DNA from: Raillietiella orientalis
Taxonomy: Eukaryota
Reading direction: 5' to 3'
Assembly (NCBI GenBank): GCA_036172245.1
Contig: JAYWIR010000018.1
Span: forward strand, 372,001 to 436,000
DNA: 64,000 nt
This document shows, one piece after another, positions 1 through 12,329 of the stretch. The position numbers and the translations under genes were made by a program. The first letter of the stretch is position 1. Each line of letters starts with the position of its first letter. Below the pieces are notes generated by a model. The model saw only the letters and a program-made list of their open reading frames with translations. It was not told the origin of the DNA and did no database searches.

Positions 1-36
1 TCTTCTATTTACACAAAAATAAATGGAATCTGCATC

Positions 37-1496
37 CTACACAGTGGCAGTGATCCCATTTTCAAAATCATTACTGGTGAAGTTAGGATCACGTAAACTG
101 ATGGACTGAACATGGATGCCAGGAATCATGACAAGCCCCAAAAACCTTGGTTCTTCTGAAATAATCATTCACCTGAATTCTGAATAAGCCACCCACCATT
201 AATTGAGACAATTTCGGTGCAGCTCCCTAATATGATATTTCTGTCTCTGTCAGTGCACAAAAAGAAGCCTATAAGAATTCGCCCATCACTCATTTCAATC
301 TTCATGCTTTGATTCAGCCAGCTCATTAGTTTTTGCACACCTTCACTTCTGACATGACTTTGATTCTGAAATGCATAAACTTCACTAAACATATTCTGAT
401 ATGACTATGTAAAACAAAAACTGGTTGTTAAATATGATTGAAATGGGCTTTACATAAATGTCAGTGATAGTTAAAATCACTGCTGAAAGATGCTAAACAC
501 ACAAATCAGCAAAAAACAGATTCTTCAGGAAATGAATGTGCGAACAAACGTGAAAAAACTGTATGTTTAACAAATTTCCATCTACGTGTCTTCCATGCTT
601 GTATTATGTATGTTATTGGTTATCTACTTTGGAGTATAGGTACACTTTAGTCATCTTTCCAGCTCTGTCACATGCCATGTGTAAGCACAATTCATTTCTC
701 TGGCAAGCACATTTTTTCCTTACAAGCTGAAAGCTTCATTTTTGCTTTTGCTTCCAAACTTTTAAATTGGGATGCGCATTTTGTCTGCTTGTGGTATTCA
801 ATTCTTGGCTTTACCAAGACAATTTCCAGGTGCAGAAGATCTTGTAGAAAGTACATGAAGTCACTTTATTTTGTCCTTCATCTAACAGGCAAACCTTGCT
901 ACACTGCAAATGGTAATGCATGCTGCTAAATATTACCATTTCTGTGAACCACCTTAATACATTTCAGAAGCAATGGAAGTCCTCACTAATATAAACGTCA
1001 ATGTACTGGGTACATGCTCTTGTTTCGCACTTAATTTGAATCAACACACAGCACGGTTACTGTGATTCAGGCATGTTGAAATTACTTTTCAAAATGATAA
1101 ACCAGACAGAATTCTAAGCTCTAAACAAAATTGTTTATGCATGCAAAATTTTTGCAAAATATCTTTGCGGAATGGCACCAGCACTCCTATCAATATTTAA
1201 CGAATGGACACTACATTGAGCAATTACTCAGAGAAGTACTTTCAGGATTCTTTTAGTACTAACGACGTGCTGCCACCTGCAATGAACAGAATCCCCCCTT
1301 TTAATGTAAAACGTGATTGTTTGCCCCCCCCCAAAAAAGCTAATGTAATCCACATTTTTGTAGCACTGAGGATGCTTACTTTTTCCTCCTCTTCTTCTTC
1401 ATCGTCAATTTTGGCAAGGGGAGCTAAAATATCAGATGGTCGCTTCAGGAGTTCAGTCAAGGTATCCACAGATTCCGAACACGAATTGCAGTCCAT
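37..1496 (-). CDS. NAA38: N-alpha-acetyltransferase 38, NatC auxiliary subunit (LSM/Sm-fold protein; LSMD1/Mak31 family), spliced
   Basis: Exons 197-404 and 37-155, joined across a 41-nt GT-AG intron (156-196), give KLMSWLNQSMKIEMSDGRILIGFFLCTDRDRNIILGSCTEIVSINEEPRFLGLVMIPGIHVQSI...TATV*. This matches the NAA38 Sm1 (DGRxLxGxFLCTDRDxNxILGS) and Sm2 (EPRxLGLxMxPG) motifs. A probable first coding exon at 1380-1496 (MDCNSCSE...DDEEEEEEK, GTAAG donor) joins in phase 0 to the acceptor at 405-406; this exon is less certain. Confidence 0.9.
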
Positions 1497-1744
1497 TCAC
1501 TTGTGTATTGCTGGTGCGTTTTACTTTTTCCCCAGAAGCTGTATAAGTTTTGTTATTATGTAATCGTAAGTCAAGAGAAACGGATACGCCAGCAATAAAT
1601 AGAAAATCGAAACACCTGCCACAACAGAAATTCCGGCCTTCAGCATGGTGCAGCACGCAAAAACTGTGGAGATCCTTCTAAACTCTGTGCGCAGAGCCAA
1701 GGCGTAGCACGCACGGTAACGGGTTTTGAAATTGCATCCTCCAA

Positions 1745-1756
1745 GCCGCCATTTTG
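1745..1756 (-). promoter_or_regulatory. YY1-type motif (CAAAATGGCGGC) in the probable NAA38 promoter/5' leader
   Basis: GCCGCCATTTTG on + lies where the CpG-poor gene body switches to CpG-rich DNA, just upstream of the NAA38 exons. Motif match only. Confidence 0.4.
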
Positions 1757-2141
1757 CGGTTGTTTTGTACAATTGTGCATCCGAACTCAAAGTGGACTAC
1801 ACGTCAGCATGCACGAGTACGCACCAACAGGCAAAAAACGGCATCGACAACTTGGATGTACATAGAAATTCCACTCGAAAAACGAATGCATGAAACACGC
1901 AAATTCTTGTCAATAGGTGGATAGATGTTGCTGTTAGTAAAGCATCCGCACGTAAGAGTTTCCCCCTCTCCGTCGAAGGGAATTCGAAACCTGATTGATT
2001 CTGTTGCAGTTTTGCTCCTGCCTCGGCCGATTTCCCGAATTTCTCACGCGATCTCCCGTATGAAAGGGTTATTGTACTGTAGGAGAGGAGGGAGAAGGAT
2101 ACTCTGGTTCTTTAGGCACTTAATAGAACAATCGACAGGGA

Positions 2142-2223
2142 GACGAGGTGGCCGAGTGGTTAAGGCGTTGGACTGCTAATCCAATGGGCTCTGCCCGCGT
2201 GGGTTCGAATCCCATCCTCGTCG
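2142..2223 (+). tRNA. tRNA-Ser (anticodon GCT)
   Basis: GACGAGG/CCTCGTC acceptor stem, A box TGGCCGAGTGG, anticodon arm TTGGA-CT GCT AA-TCCAA, long variable arm, B box GGTTCGAATCC, 82 nt, followed by a T5 Pol III terminator at about 2230. Confidence 0.97.
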
Positions 2224-5200
2224 TTGCGCTTTTTGCGACCTTCCGATGAAGGCGGAGCTCACTTACATGGGGGGATTTTTTTTTGCAGACCTCTGGCAGC
2301 CCATGATCTCACCAGGGACGAACACCAGGCCTATGCGCGGGGAGGACGCCCCACTCGTATTTTCTGTAGTGGAAATTGGGATATGGCATCGGGGTCAAAG
2401 AAAGCGATGCTCTCCTTCGATTCCGCCAGCTGGGCTTACGAGAGAGATTTCGGTGTGGTCCCCTGGACGACCGCATTCCTCTTGCTCGGAATCGCCCACT
2501 GGCCGAAACCGACGGTTCGCTCGAGGAGGGAGAGGGAAGCACGAAACGGTATGAAATCGTCGGTTCTCGAGGACCACAGACGGGAGGATCCATCCAGGCT
2601 CCTGAGCCCAACAATTCGAAGGATTGTAGGGTGGGAAAACCAGGCAGCCGAAGACGTCCTCGTTCCGTTCTCCGGAGCACTAATGCCGAACCATTACCAC
2701 GCTGCCCTGCGACGCTACATAACGGAGGCGCATGTTCCCTTGGATAACCGCCTCTGCCGAAACCCGTTGAAGTTTGCGGGGGACGAAGTCTCAGGAGGCT
2801 GGAGGTTGGGCAGGCTTCTCTCCAGAAAGGAAATCGAGATTAGGGACAAGGCTATGTATTCAGGGAGGAGTCTCGCTTCCTCTTCTGTCGATGCGGCCCA
2901 GACCCTGAGGTCTTCGGCAGTGGTTGCAACACTTCACGGTTTCACGCGCGGCTTCACGCTACTTTCTTAGCAAACAGCCGCATTCGGTTCCGATGCTATG
3001 ACGTCTCGAGACGCATGGACTCGGCCCCAGCATTCCAGGAAAAGAATGAAATAAACTTGGGTAGGTCAGGAACTCCAGTCCATCGCAGCTTACAGGGGTG
3101 CACAAGATCGAGGGCGCTTTGAAGCTCAGGTGGCTTCATTCAGAAAGAAAAAAATCTTGGCACATTTTCTTCAGCGTCTCTAATTTCTCTCAGGGATTCC
3201 TTCGGCCTGTCATCAAAACCTCCCTAGCCTCTTCCTCTTCCCTGCATCCATTCTGCTGATGCTCTCTCAGGGTGTGGTCTCCTAGGAAAGGCAAGCGGTT
3301 TCCCCTGGAAGCTCTACTCTGGAAAGGGTACCAGGGTGTACGAAAGAGGAGTTTTCCCGGGGGATAAGATGCCTTTTCAGGCAGACAAGGGAAGGGGATA
3401 CATGAGTTACCAAACAGCATCAACCGCTTCGCAAGCCTGCCTTCATGAATCACACGGCTCCTCTTCGATTTTCCTTCAGGGAAGAAAGGAGGGGAAGAAA
3501 GGCTAAGCGTAGCTCATCAGATGAATAGGCGGGACAATGCGCAACCGCGAAATCGAGGGCAACCTTGGTTCAGAGGCCATCGCAAGAAATAAACTCTTGA
3601 CGTGGACACCCTTTTTGCTTTTATGCCAGTACCTCTATGTGCCGTGCGGCCGCTTCTGATCAGGAAGCAGTTTTCCCGATGTTCTCTCCCATCCATCCGC
3701 TCGGCATCCGCTACAAACGGAATGAAGCGTTCGGTTCTGAATCCACGGTGCCGTGACCTTTCGTAGAACAGATCCAGGGAATGATACCTCCCTCTCCAAA
3801 GTTAGGCACCCAAGGCGATGCGCCCTACTTTGTACTTGTTCTTCTGATCCCATCGTCAGACTATTCCCCGTCTTGAATTCTCAGGAATTCCCCCTTTCTT
3901 CATTACCCCACTTCTCAATTCATGAGGAACAGTCGCCCGTATCTCATCATCCCTGCCCTTATTTTCTAGGAAGTACGAATAGCACACAAATAAGTTCGAG
4001 ACGGAAGATGTATATTTATATTATATACCTGTACACATGTGCGTGTGTAATAAATATGAAGACACACGTGTGTGTGGGTGAGCGAATGGGCATTCGGCTG
4101 GGTAAATCCACGTTCTCGGGATGCAAATCGAACTGGAGCTAATGATGTCGTCAGGAGAGAGACCTCTGTGTCATCCCTGTCCTTGAGTCGACAGCTGCCA
4201 TTCCCTCAATCTGCTCCAGGGTCAGATGAGTAGCTGAGCAAAAAGCAAAGCAGGTATTCCAAAAAGCCAACACAGAGTCGATCGAATTGACGAATTCTGG
4301 AAGGCCCCCCTCCCAAAAGAAGAGCAAGTAAGAGGCGAATGGCAAAGCTTCCTCTCTATCCTTTGACAAGCAGCAACGCACATAAGCGAAGCTGAAGCTT
4401 CCACCATTAGAAATTAAGAATTCGTATCCCTGAGTTGAGTCATTTTGGAAAGAGCAAGGCCAAGACTTCCCTGTGGATGATTAGTGAGCCCTGAAGGCAG
4501 ACTTGAGAAGCATTTGCTTATTCGTAGGCATTACCTCTCTTGATCAAGAATTTTAGTTAACGTTTCCCACAGGTCGTTCTCTTCGATTTCAGGGAAGAAA
4601 GGAGGGAGAAAAACAAGAGCAGCGTTCCTTTTCCTTTCCTCCCCCCTCCCCTCCCCGTTCCTTCCCTCCTCTAATGAAACCGAAAGAATGCTGCCATCCT
4701 TGCGACGACGACGACGAAAAAAAAAACTCAAGACACACGGAGCAGAATCAGATTTCCTCTTTGTTAGCAGGCACGATTTTCAAAAGGAATGGCAGGATGC
4801 ACTTCCGTGTGGACTCAAAACAGCCAGCAGGGGAGAGAGAGCAAGCTCTCACGTAAAGGCTCGCTGGCTGGCTGTAGCCGTCCTTGTCGCAAGGGGATAA
4901 CGACGGACGCTTTTGGAGACATGGTTGCGCTTCCTACGGGCGCCCCGGGGCACGAACCCTTTCGACCTACTGTCGCCAAGGCAAAGCTCCCAGATGAAAC
5001 GATTTGCTTGGGATGACATCATTCCCGTGATTATGGGAGTACTGGAAGTATTCTCCCATATTTGACAGGTGCACCAGTTATTCGCTTGGTTCCATCATTG
5101 ATGTGTGGTTGCATTTCCTCTCACGTATTATAAAGGTGATTGAATTACATATACAGGTAATCGAGATATGGTGGGCATGCAGGGGAGAGTTTCTGAGAAC

Positions 5201-6149
5201 GGAACGCGACTGCTCCTTAGAAAACGGTGCTGAGAGCTGTCCGTAGATGTATCCATCTACAAAGGGCAAAAAGAAAACAGCGTGGTAGTGTTGCCTGAGA
5301 ACACTGCCAGCATGAAATGAGATTCATCTGCCATTTTCCCTTGTGACTTCTCCGGCGTGCTGGCCTTGTTTCTTTCATTTGAATGCTGGTGGTCCTAGCC
5401 ACGAGCCAGTCGAGGTGAATCATGCATGATGACTGGGACGGGCAGGGCAAAGGAGAAAGGCCGGATTTGATGGTTCATCTTCCAAGAATTATGATTCACA
5501 TTGCAGGTGGATGTGATGGACACTCTCTGGATAGCGATGCCAATTCGGTTGTGTACAACTGCGAATTCGGTCGCATGACGGCACCTTACTGGTGCTGTTT
5601 AGCAACAAGATCTGTTGAACTGTCCTCTTTCTTTCCCTTCCAATCTTGTTCTAGCTCCCGACCGCCTTGCCCTGTGTCTCTCGCGCGCTCTGGATGTTTC
5701 CTTGACAATTCTATAATCGAGTGCCTCGGGAGACGAGATTGTCCTACGGGGCCCCCTACGTAGGGATGCATCTCCATCCCGAACATGTGCGCGTAGGAGA
5801 GAAGCTCCCTGGCCGGCAGGAGGAGCGTGGGCCTCGAACGTGTTCGGCTCTCCAATAAGATTCTGATCTCCCGAGAGAACTTCTCGGGTCCAACGTATCC
5901 TGTCTTCCTCGGAACGGGAGCTTCCCGGAGAAAAGGAAACCGACGCGCGCCTACTCTCTCCGGAGAGCCGGCGACGCGACTTCTACCGGAGGGAAGATCT
6001 GCTGTCGACGGCGCGGGGGGAACCTTCGAATCATGCCCTCCCCTTCCGGAGCTTCCAGGTTTTGCAATCGGGCACTTCCCTAGTGGGGAACGGCAGCCAG
6101 GAGGTGGTCCCGCCTCTTTATCGCAAGGAGGACCTTCCAGGGAAGTCTC

Positions 6150-7315
6150 TTTCGAATCCCGAAAGGTCTCAAAAATAAATGCATGTGTTTATTATATGTA
6201 TATTGACATATACATTCGTATATGAATTATAAATTAAATATATCCATATACATTTGTATATGAATATATTTAATAAAGATTATAAATTCATATGTGCTTT
6301 TTAGGTATATTAGTTGTGTATTTACATATAAATTAATGTACAAATTCAGTAAGAAATAAATGTATATTAATATTTATTAATATGCATACTATTAATATAA
6401 TTTACATCTTTATTATATAAAGACGTACATATTTGTATAAAGATTAGTGTAGACGATAAAGATTATGAATACATATGTGTTTATTATATATATATTAATA
6501 TATAGTTATAGACACAATAAATATATGTGAATTGAATACATAAATATCGAATTATAAACATATATTCATCGAACGATGAAAATCCCGAAAATAGAATTCA
6601 TCATTTTCTGAGAAAGTCTCGTTTGTTGACTTCTGGAAAAGATAGAATGTAATACAAAATTTCTTTTTTGTTTTTTTTTTTCATTTGTTCGCCTTTTCAT
6701 TTTTTTCAACTATTTTTAATTCTCATAATAATTTTTATCATTTAAAATCAGATAGTTATTTAATCATTTAATATGTACTTAATTATGTGCATAAATATAT
6801 ATATATTTATGTACATAATAAGCATATATTTATTTTTATAATCTTTAATGCGTATCACTAACATATCACTACATATTATTAATTATACTAATCATGTGTG
6901 CTAATAAATCTAGCCAATATGTATGCTCAAATAAAGTTGAGTATTAAACTAACTATCCATATCTATCTATCTATATATATATATACATGTAATAAGCATA
7001 TGTATTTATTTTTCATAATCTTAACAATATATATTCATCTACATATCAAATTACACATAGACATTAATATATATAAGAAACATAGTAATTATATTAACAA
7101 ATATACGTGTTAACATAATACTACCATTAATAATATGCATATTAATGAATATCCATTTCAAAATAAATTTATATTGTAATTATATATGTATTGCATACAT
7201 AAGATATTATTTAAGGATATGCAATTATAATATATGTTAATCTATATATAAATTTATATATCAATATATATAACAACCAGACGTTTTTACTTTTAAGATC
7301 TTCCAGGATCCCGAT
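6150..7315. mobile_element. AT-rich foldback-like non-coding element with long degenerate inverted arms and internal sub-repeats
   Basis: Abrupt, extremely AT-rich block inside GC-rich DNA. The left end (GAAAGGTCTCAAAAATAAATGCATGTGTTTATTATATGTATATTGACATATACATT) is an imperfect reverse complement of the right end (AATTTATATATCAATATATATAACAACCAGACGTTTTTACTTTTAAGATCTTCC). TTTATTAATATGCATACTATTAAT at about 6373 pairs with ATTAATAATATGCATATTAATGAA at about 7126. Direct sub-repeats at about 6183/6475 and 6795/6975. No TSD identified. Confidence 0.55.
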
Positions 7316-8599
7316 CGGCTCCGTTTCCAGGGGGAACCCGTCGTACCAATCGGCCGAACCAAACACGAACGATTCTTCCAAGATGGCCGCTTCGTCCGAT
7401 TCTTTTCACCCCTTCTACCCATCCTTTGCTGCTGCATCCTTGTGTTCCCCTCGCCAAGCCATTCTGCTTAGGGAGTCCCGCTTTCAGGATGGGGGCGCAG
7501 CCCTCTGAGGGGAAAAATGGCGCTGCAGGAGGAACGAATGGGCCTCTATCCTGATAGGGACGTTCGCCGTTGCTCGCAGTGGAGCTGCCTACCCTCGGAA
7601 ACCGGGTCGGCGCAGCTGCTCTTCTGGGAAATCCCTGTCTTTACTCGGTGCAGCTGGGACGGTTCTTCTGCAACGGGAGGCTGCGAGCTCCTGTTCCGCC
7701 TCAGCGGAGGAGCTCGCGCGCGCTTCCCGTTGAGGTCCGGCCCGAACATCCCGACCGGAAACTCCCGCTCCCCCGCTTGGGATTGCTCCCGCTTTACAGG
7801 AAAGATCCAACAACGATACGCCCATTGCTCCAATCGTGGGTGGTGCCACCATTTCCGCGAAAGAACGCTCCCGCAGGAGTAGGCGAGAGGGAGCTTCCAC
7901 CACCTCCCCCCACCGTGCATGCGTCGAGGCGCTCCCGGAGCTCCTGCTGTCTCCAGGAACCTGTCGACGGCCAGCCTTGCAACGGGGGAATTGCCTCAAA
8001 TCCCACTGCGAGTAGGTGAATCGCGTAGGAAAAAAGAAACGAATAGGGGAAGGGAGCAAAGGCCTGAGGCCATCACCGCTCCCACCGCGCGGGAGAGCGT
8101 GAGGGACGCATGAGGGTGCAGTAGGAAGATAGAGGGAATCGAAGAAGGGAGAAGGGAAGGAAGGAGGAGCTCCCTCCGCCTTAACCCCGCCAATGCTCCA
8201 CCCTCGTTCCCAGCCGCTACTTTGCGGCTCCTGGCACGTCCGGTGGCTCCGGGACGGACATGAGCGAACGCGGGCGCACTGAACACGGGCTGAGCGCTAT
8301 TTTTAACTCTCCGATCACCCAGGCGGTGGCTCTTGCTGAGCGACGGGAGGGCCAGCGTACCCCGCCCTTCCTTCCTCAGCGGTGCCATTTCCTCCGTGGA
8401 CCACGCCTTCACCCACACTCCACCTTTTCGTGTCCCACATGAGGTTCCGAGGGGCACATGCTGCCTCCTGCCGCACGGGTTGCCCGGACGACGGAGGCAG
8501 AAAACCGGCTTGCCTAAGCGCCCAAACCAGGGGCTCGGCTGCGAGTGGCGCCCGGAAGCACGACGCGGGAGGAAGGGTAAAAAAAAAGGAGACAAAAAG

Positions 8600-9500
8600 A
8601 AAAAGAGGAGGAGGACCGAGAGGAGTGGGCGTGACCGAGCACCTTCCCCTCTCTCCGATCCCCATCTTCCTGACCTTCGCCTCGGGCCTCATCCTTCGAA
8701 TGCGGTAAACGACCGACGACCGTGCCATGCCGCAGCTGCTCCGAAGACGAAATTGCCAGTCGTGCACCCCCCTCTCCCCTCCAACGACGCGGCCGATTGG
8801 TCGGCACGACTCCTGAAGGTGCTGCTGCGTGGAGGCCGAAGCCTCACGCGGGAGGGGAGGGGGGGGACTCTACGGGAAACCGACGGGCGCAGGTAACCCA
8901 CGAAAAAGCGGGCAGACAAAAAAGGAGGAAGCGGCGAAGGTGTTGCTGGGGAGCGTTGCCTTTGTTCGGCGGACGAGAAAGGGTCGCAGAGGGTCCGCAA
9001 GAGGACTCCAAGGTCAGCGTGTGTGCGCAACAATGGCTTCGGGTGGGGGAGAGGAGTTGGGAAAAGGTGAGAGCGGAGGGAGAGGAGGACGCCTTTGTCC
9101 CCACAGAGGCGTTACCGAGCAAGAGTGCCCGGCGGAAAAGGTAAACGAAGCGTGTCGATTTTGTCGAACTCCATCATGACCGACGTCAGGTCCGCCGCGG
9201 TTGCCGTGGTTATCCTTGGGGGAGCAGCGATCACCAGAAGTCGCGCCCATCCGAAACAGCGCAATCCGAGCTCCCACCTCTCTTCCCCTCTCCTCAGAGC
9301 ATGCATTCGCTCGCAGTATGGTCTGCCTTTCCTGCAGCTGCAGCTGGTTTTCTCTAGAGGATGCGCGGCAGGTCTGCACGGCGAACAGAAGAATGCAATG
9401 AAAGCGTCTCGGCAAGGTGTATCGGAGTCCCGTTTGAGAAGGATTCGGACCAGATTTCGATCGCGTCCTTTCTGTAGGAACTTCCACTGCACATCGACAC
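8600..9500 (-). mobile_element. Highly decayed non-LTR retrotransposon RT fragment
   Basis: Degenerate motifs in RT order across frames: HLAE, ADLTSVMMEFDKID (like DxxKAFDxV), KGNAPQQHLRRFLLF (like GVPQGSxLSPLLF), RADQSA (like YADD). Recognised by eye only. Confidence 0.35.
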
Positions 9501-9838
9501 AGCATTCTAACGTGCATTTTAGTAAAGGTAACGCGAAGACAGAACCTCAGGTCTTGAAGCCATGACGATGGGTGCAGCCTGCGTCCGGAAGGACGATTTT
9601 GTCCTTATTGCTTTTGTCTTTCCTTCCTCTTGCATTAACCTGTTTTCCAGGTTGGGGAACGAGTGCCCTCTTTTAACTGGTGGCTCGGGATTGAAAGCCG
9701 ATCTGCTTCGGGTAAAATCAGTTGTTCCCTTTTCAGAGAGAGAGAGAGAAAAAAAGGAAACCTTGCAATATTCAACTAGGACCGAACGATGCTATCTCCG
9801 TGCACAATAAAACCGACTTTCAAAAGACCCCACTTGCT

Positions 9839-9911
9839 GACCACGTGGCCTAATGGATAAGGCGTCGGACTTCGGATCCGAAGATTGCAGGTTCGAGTCC
9901 TGCCGTGGTCG
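9839..9911 (+). tRNA. tRNA-Arg (anticodon TCG)
   Basis: GACCACG/CGTGGTC acceptor stem, A box TGGCCTAATGG, anticodon arm TCGGA-CT TCG GA-TCCGA, B box GGTTCGAGTCC, 73 nt, TTTT shortly downstream. Confidence 0.97.
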
Positions 9912-10596
9912 TTCCACGTTTTCCTTTGCGTGACGCAAATGCTACAATTTCTCGGTACTTTTGTTGCTGGCACCCGTCCAGAAGAGGGGAATGGCGGGAG
10001 AGAGGGATCCACGTTGCTGTGCCAACGAAAGTCCCGTGTGATCTATCAGCCAGGTAGCGCTATATTTGCCCGCCATTATCGATTCCGGAGCATGCAGTCT
10101 CCTTTTGGCATTCCATGCGTTGGAGAGTGCTCTGGTGTCCTTTCAGGAACTAAAATGGACGCAGGTGGCTTGACCTACGCGTGTGTGAACGCGGCCATGG
10201 AGGTGCATCCCTCATGAGCTTGCTCAGGGGCTTTTCCGGTATCCCTATGGACAGAATGAAACGCCCTCCTGGACTGCATAACGACAGCTCCTTCGCCTTT
10301 ACCTTTTTACCGGGGAGGGGACTGCCGGAGGGTATGTGTCATCCAGTTCCTGGGACGACCGGTCATCGACGGCGCTGTCCCCGATTTCCAAAGCCTGGGA
10401 AGAAGACGCTCAGCCTTTTCGCAGGAAGGAACAAAAGAGCTAGAAAGTGGACGACATTTGGCAAACGCTGCTTCCCCCATCCCTCGAGAGACGTCCGTCC
10501 TCCAGAGCACTGCGGCTGTGGGGTCCTCGTCAACGAACGGGTAACAAGCCAAGGTGATGGATGTGGAAGGAGGCCGGGGAGGAGAGGGGAATGGAC

Positions 10597-11024
10597 TCAA
10601 ATCCTTCGCGGGAGCATCCACTGTCATCCGCTTCCGTCTGTCCCGCCTCGCGGAGCAGCAGCAGAAGTGCCACACCATACCCTGGCACCCTCTAGAATGC
10701 TTCGGAACTTTTGCTCTGGAAAGAAACTTCAGCACGACCGAGCTGCAGCGGCGAGAACGTCTCGGAAACAGCAGCATCCCAGCTGCCGCTCGGGAACCCG
10801 CTGCCCTGCACGCGAGTGGGTCCTCGTCGCAACTCCTCTTCCCAACGAGACAAAGAATGGGAACGGAGCTCAACGCTCGTGCGTTGGACCACCGCTCTTC
10901 AGCACATTCACCACACACGCACGTGCCTCCCTGCGCTCGGTGCTTCTGTACACTTCGTGCACATGTGCGCGAAACGAGGCAACTACCGCTCTCCTCCCTT
11001 CTCCGGGGCGCTGCTGACACGCTG
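10597..11024 (+). repeat. Left arm of an apparently perfect 428-bp inverted repeat
   Basis: Reverse complement of 12333-12760. The ORF track shows identical translations in several frames, e.g. 10711..11076(+) vs 12332..12646(-) and 10692..10892(-) vs 12465..12665(+). Confidence 0.97.
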
Positions 11025-11417
11025 GGCCGTTGCCATGTCAGCTGAAGCTCTTGTTTTTTGTATCCCAAGTAATTAAATTCCAATTTGCTGCATGAATCGA
11101 TCTATTTACAGCGCAGTTCTGGAATACTGATTTTTGTTGATACTGCTTTGCCATTACGGTGCAGCGGTGATTCGATAGGCTGTTTGGTTCCAATGCAGAC
11201 AGTCACAGTCTGGGAAGAACATAATAGACGGCCAAAAAAAAATGTGCAGTCTCAGGAGGGGAAGGGGGAAGATGGTGAAAAAGGAAGGCTGCAGAGAATT
11301 TTCTGGATCGCAAAATGCAAGAAAAAACCAAGGGGCACGGCAGCTAATTGCTGCAATCGAATGCAAACTCATTTTACGCTCCAAAATTCCCGGATTTGCG
11401 TCTTCCGACCCGATGGG

Positions 11418-11438
11418 GGCGGCGGCGGCGGCGGCGGC
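11418..11438 (+). repeat. (GGC)n trinucleotide microsatellite in the inverted-repeat spacer
   Basis: About seven GGC units read directly. Confidence 0.85.
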
Positions 11439-12329
11439 ATTGGACCGCCTCACCACCCATGCGCTTCGTTGTTTAGATCCGTCACTAAGCGATCGCTCTT
11501 TGACGACAGGTGTTTTCGCTGTGTGCGTTTTAGCCGACGCACAAATCTGTTTCCAACAGCCGGTGGGAGAATCTTCGCCGGAACAACTTTATTTTCAGTT
11601 ATTTCAAATCCTTTCAGCAAAGAAAACGAGAGTGAAAATCTCCTTCTACCACCTTGCAGTGTGCTTCTTTCCATTGAACGAATTCTCTGGACTAGCGTAA
11701 GTTCACAATCCATTCTAAGAAACTCCAAATGGGAAAAGTCCATGTATTGCTTTCCCATTTACAGTTCCTATCAACCTTTTTAAGAAATTGTGCTGTGTAA
11801 TCCGCGTTGCGAAACGTTGAGTCGAATGTTCCTCCACTGTTTGAATTGTCTGATCCATATGATACTTCTCGAAAGTTCATGTTTATGTTTATAGATAGAA
11901 GGAGCCTATCCTACAGACTCCCTGGAACAGGAGTTGCACATTCGACAGATAGTTGCGCGGTCCCTCGAAATTTAGTGATGCTGCTCTCTCCGCTTGCCTA
12001 CTTGTGTGCTGGAAAATAGAATGATTGCGTGACGATGCGATAGTTCTGCTTTCCATCCCTCGTGGAATCGCCGTCCCCATCGTTCCGAATCGGTTTCAGG
12101 AGGCCCTACTGCATCTCCCCAGGAGGAGAAACTTTGCTACTTAAAAATACGGGTTTGGGCAGCAGGCCACACGGTGCCCACGCTGAAATTCGCGCCGTTC
12201 GGTGAACACACTGTGCGCATTGTTTGGGCCTCCAAGCCGCACGCAAATGGCTGACTATGGGAAGCAGCATTGTTGGTCGCGAAAAATCAATATCTCGGGG
12301 ACACGTGGCTGACAACGGCAACGGCCCCA

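Noticed and set aside
1521..1790. Hydrophobic ORF upstream of NAA38 (MLKAGISVVAGVSIFYLLL...)
   Set aside because: The hydrophobic part coincides with a probable T-rich 5'UTR intron (about 1540-1615). No homology recognised.
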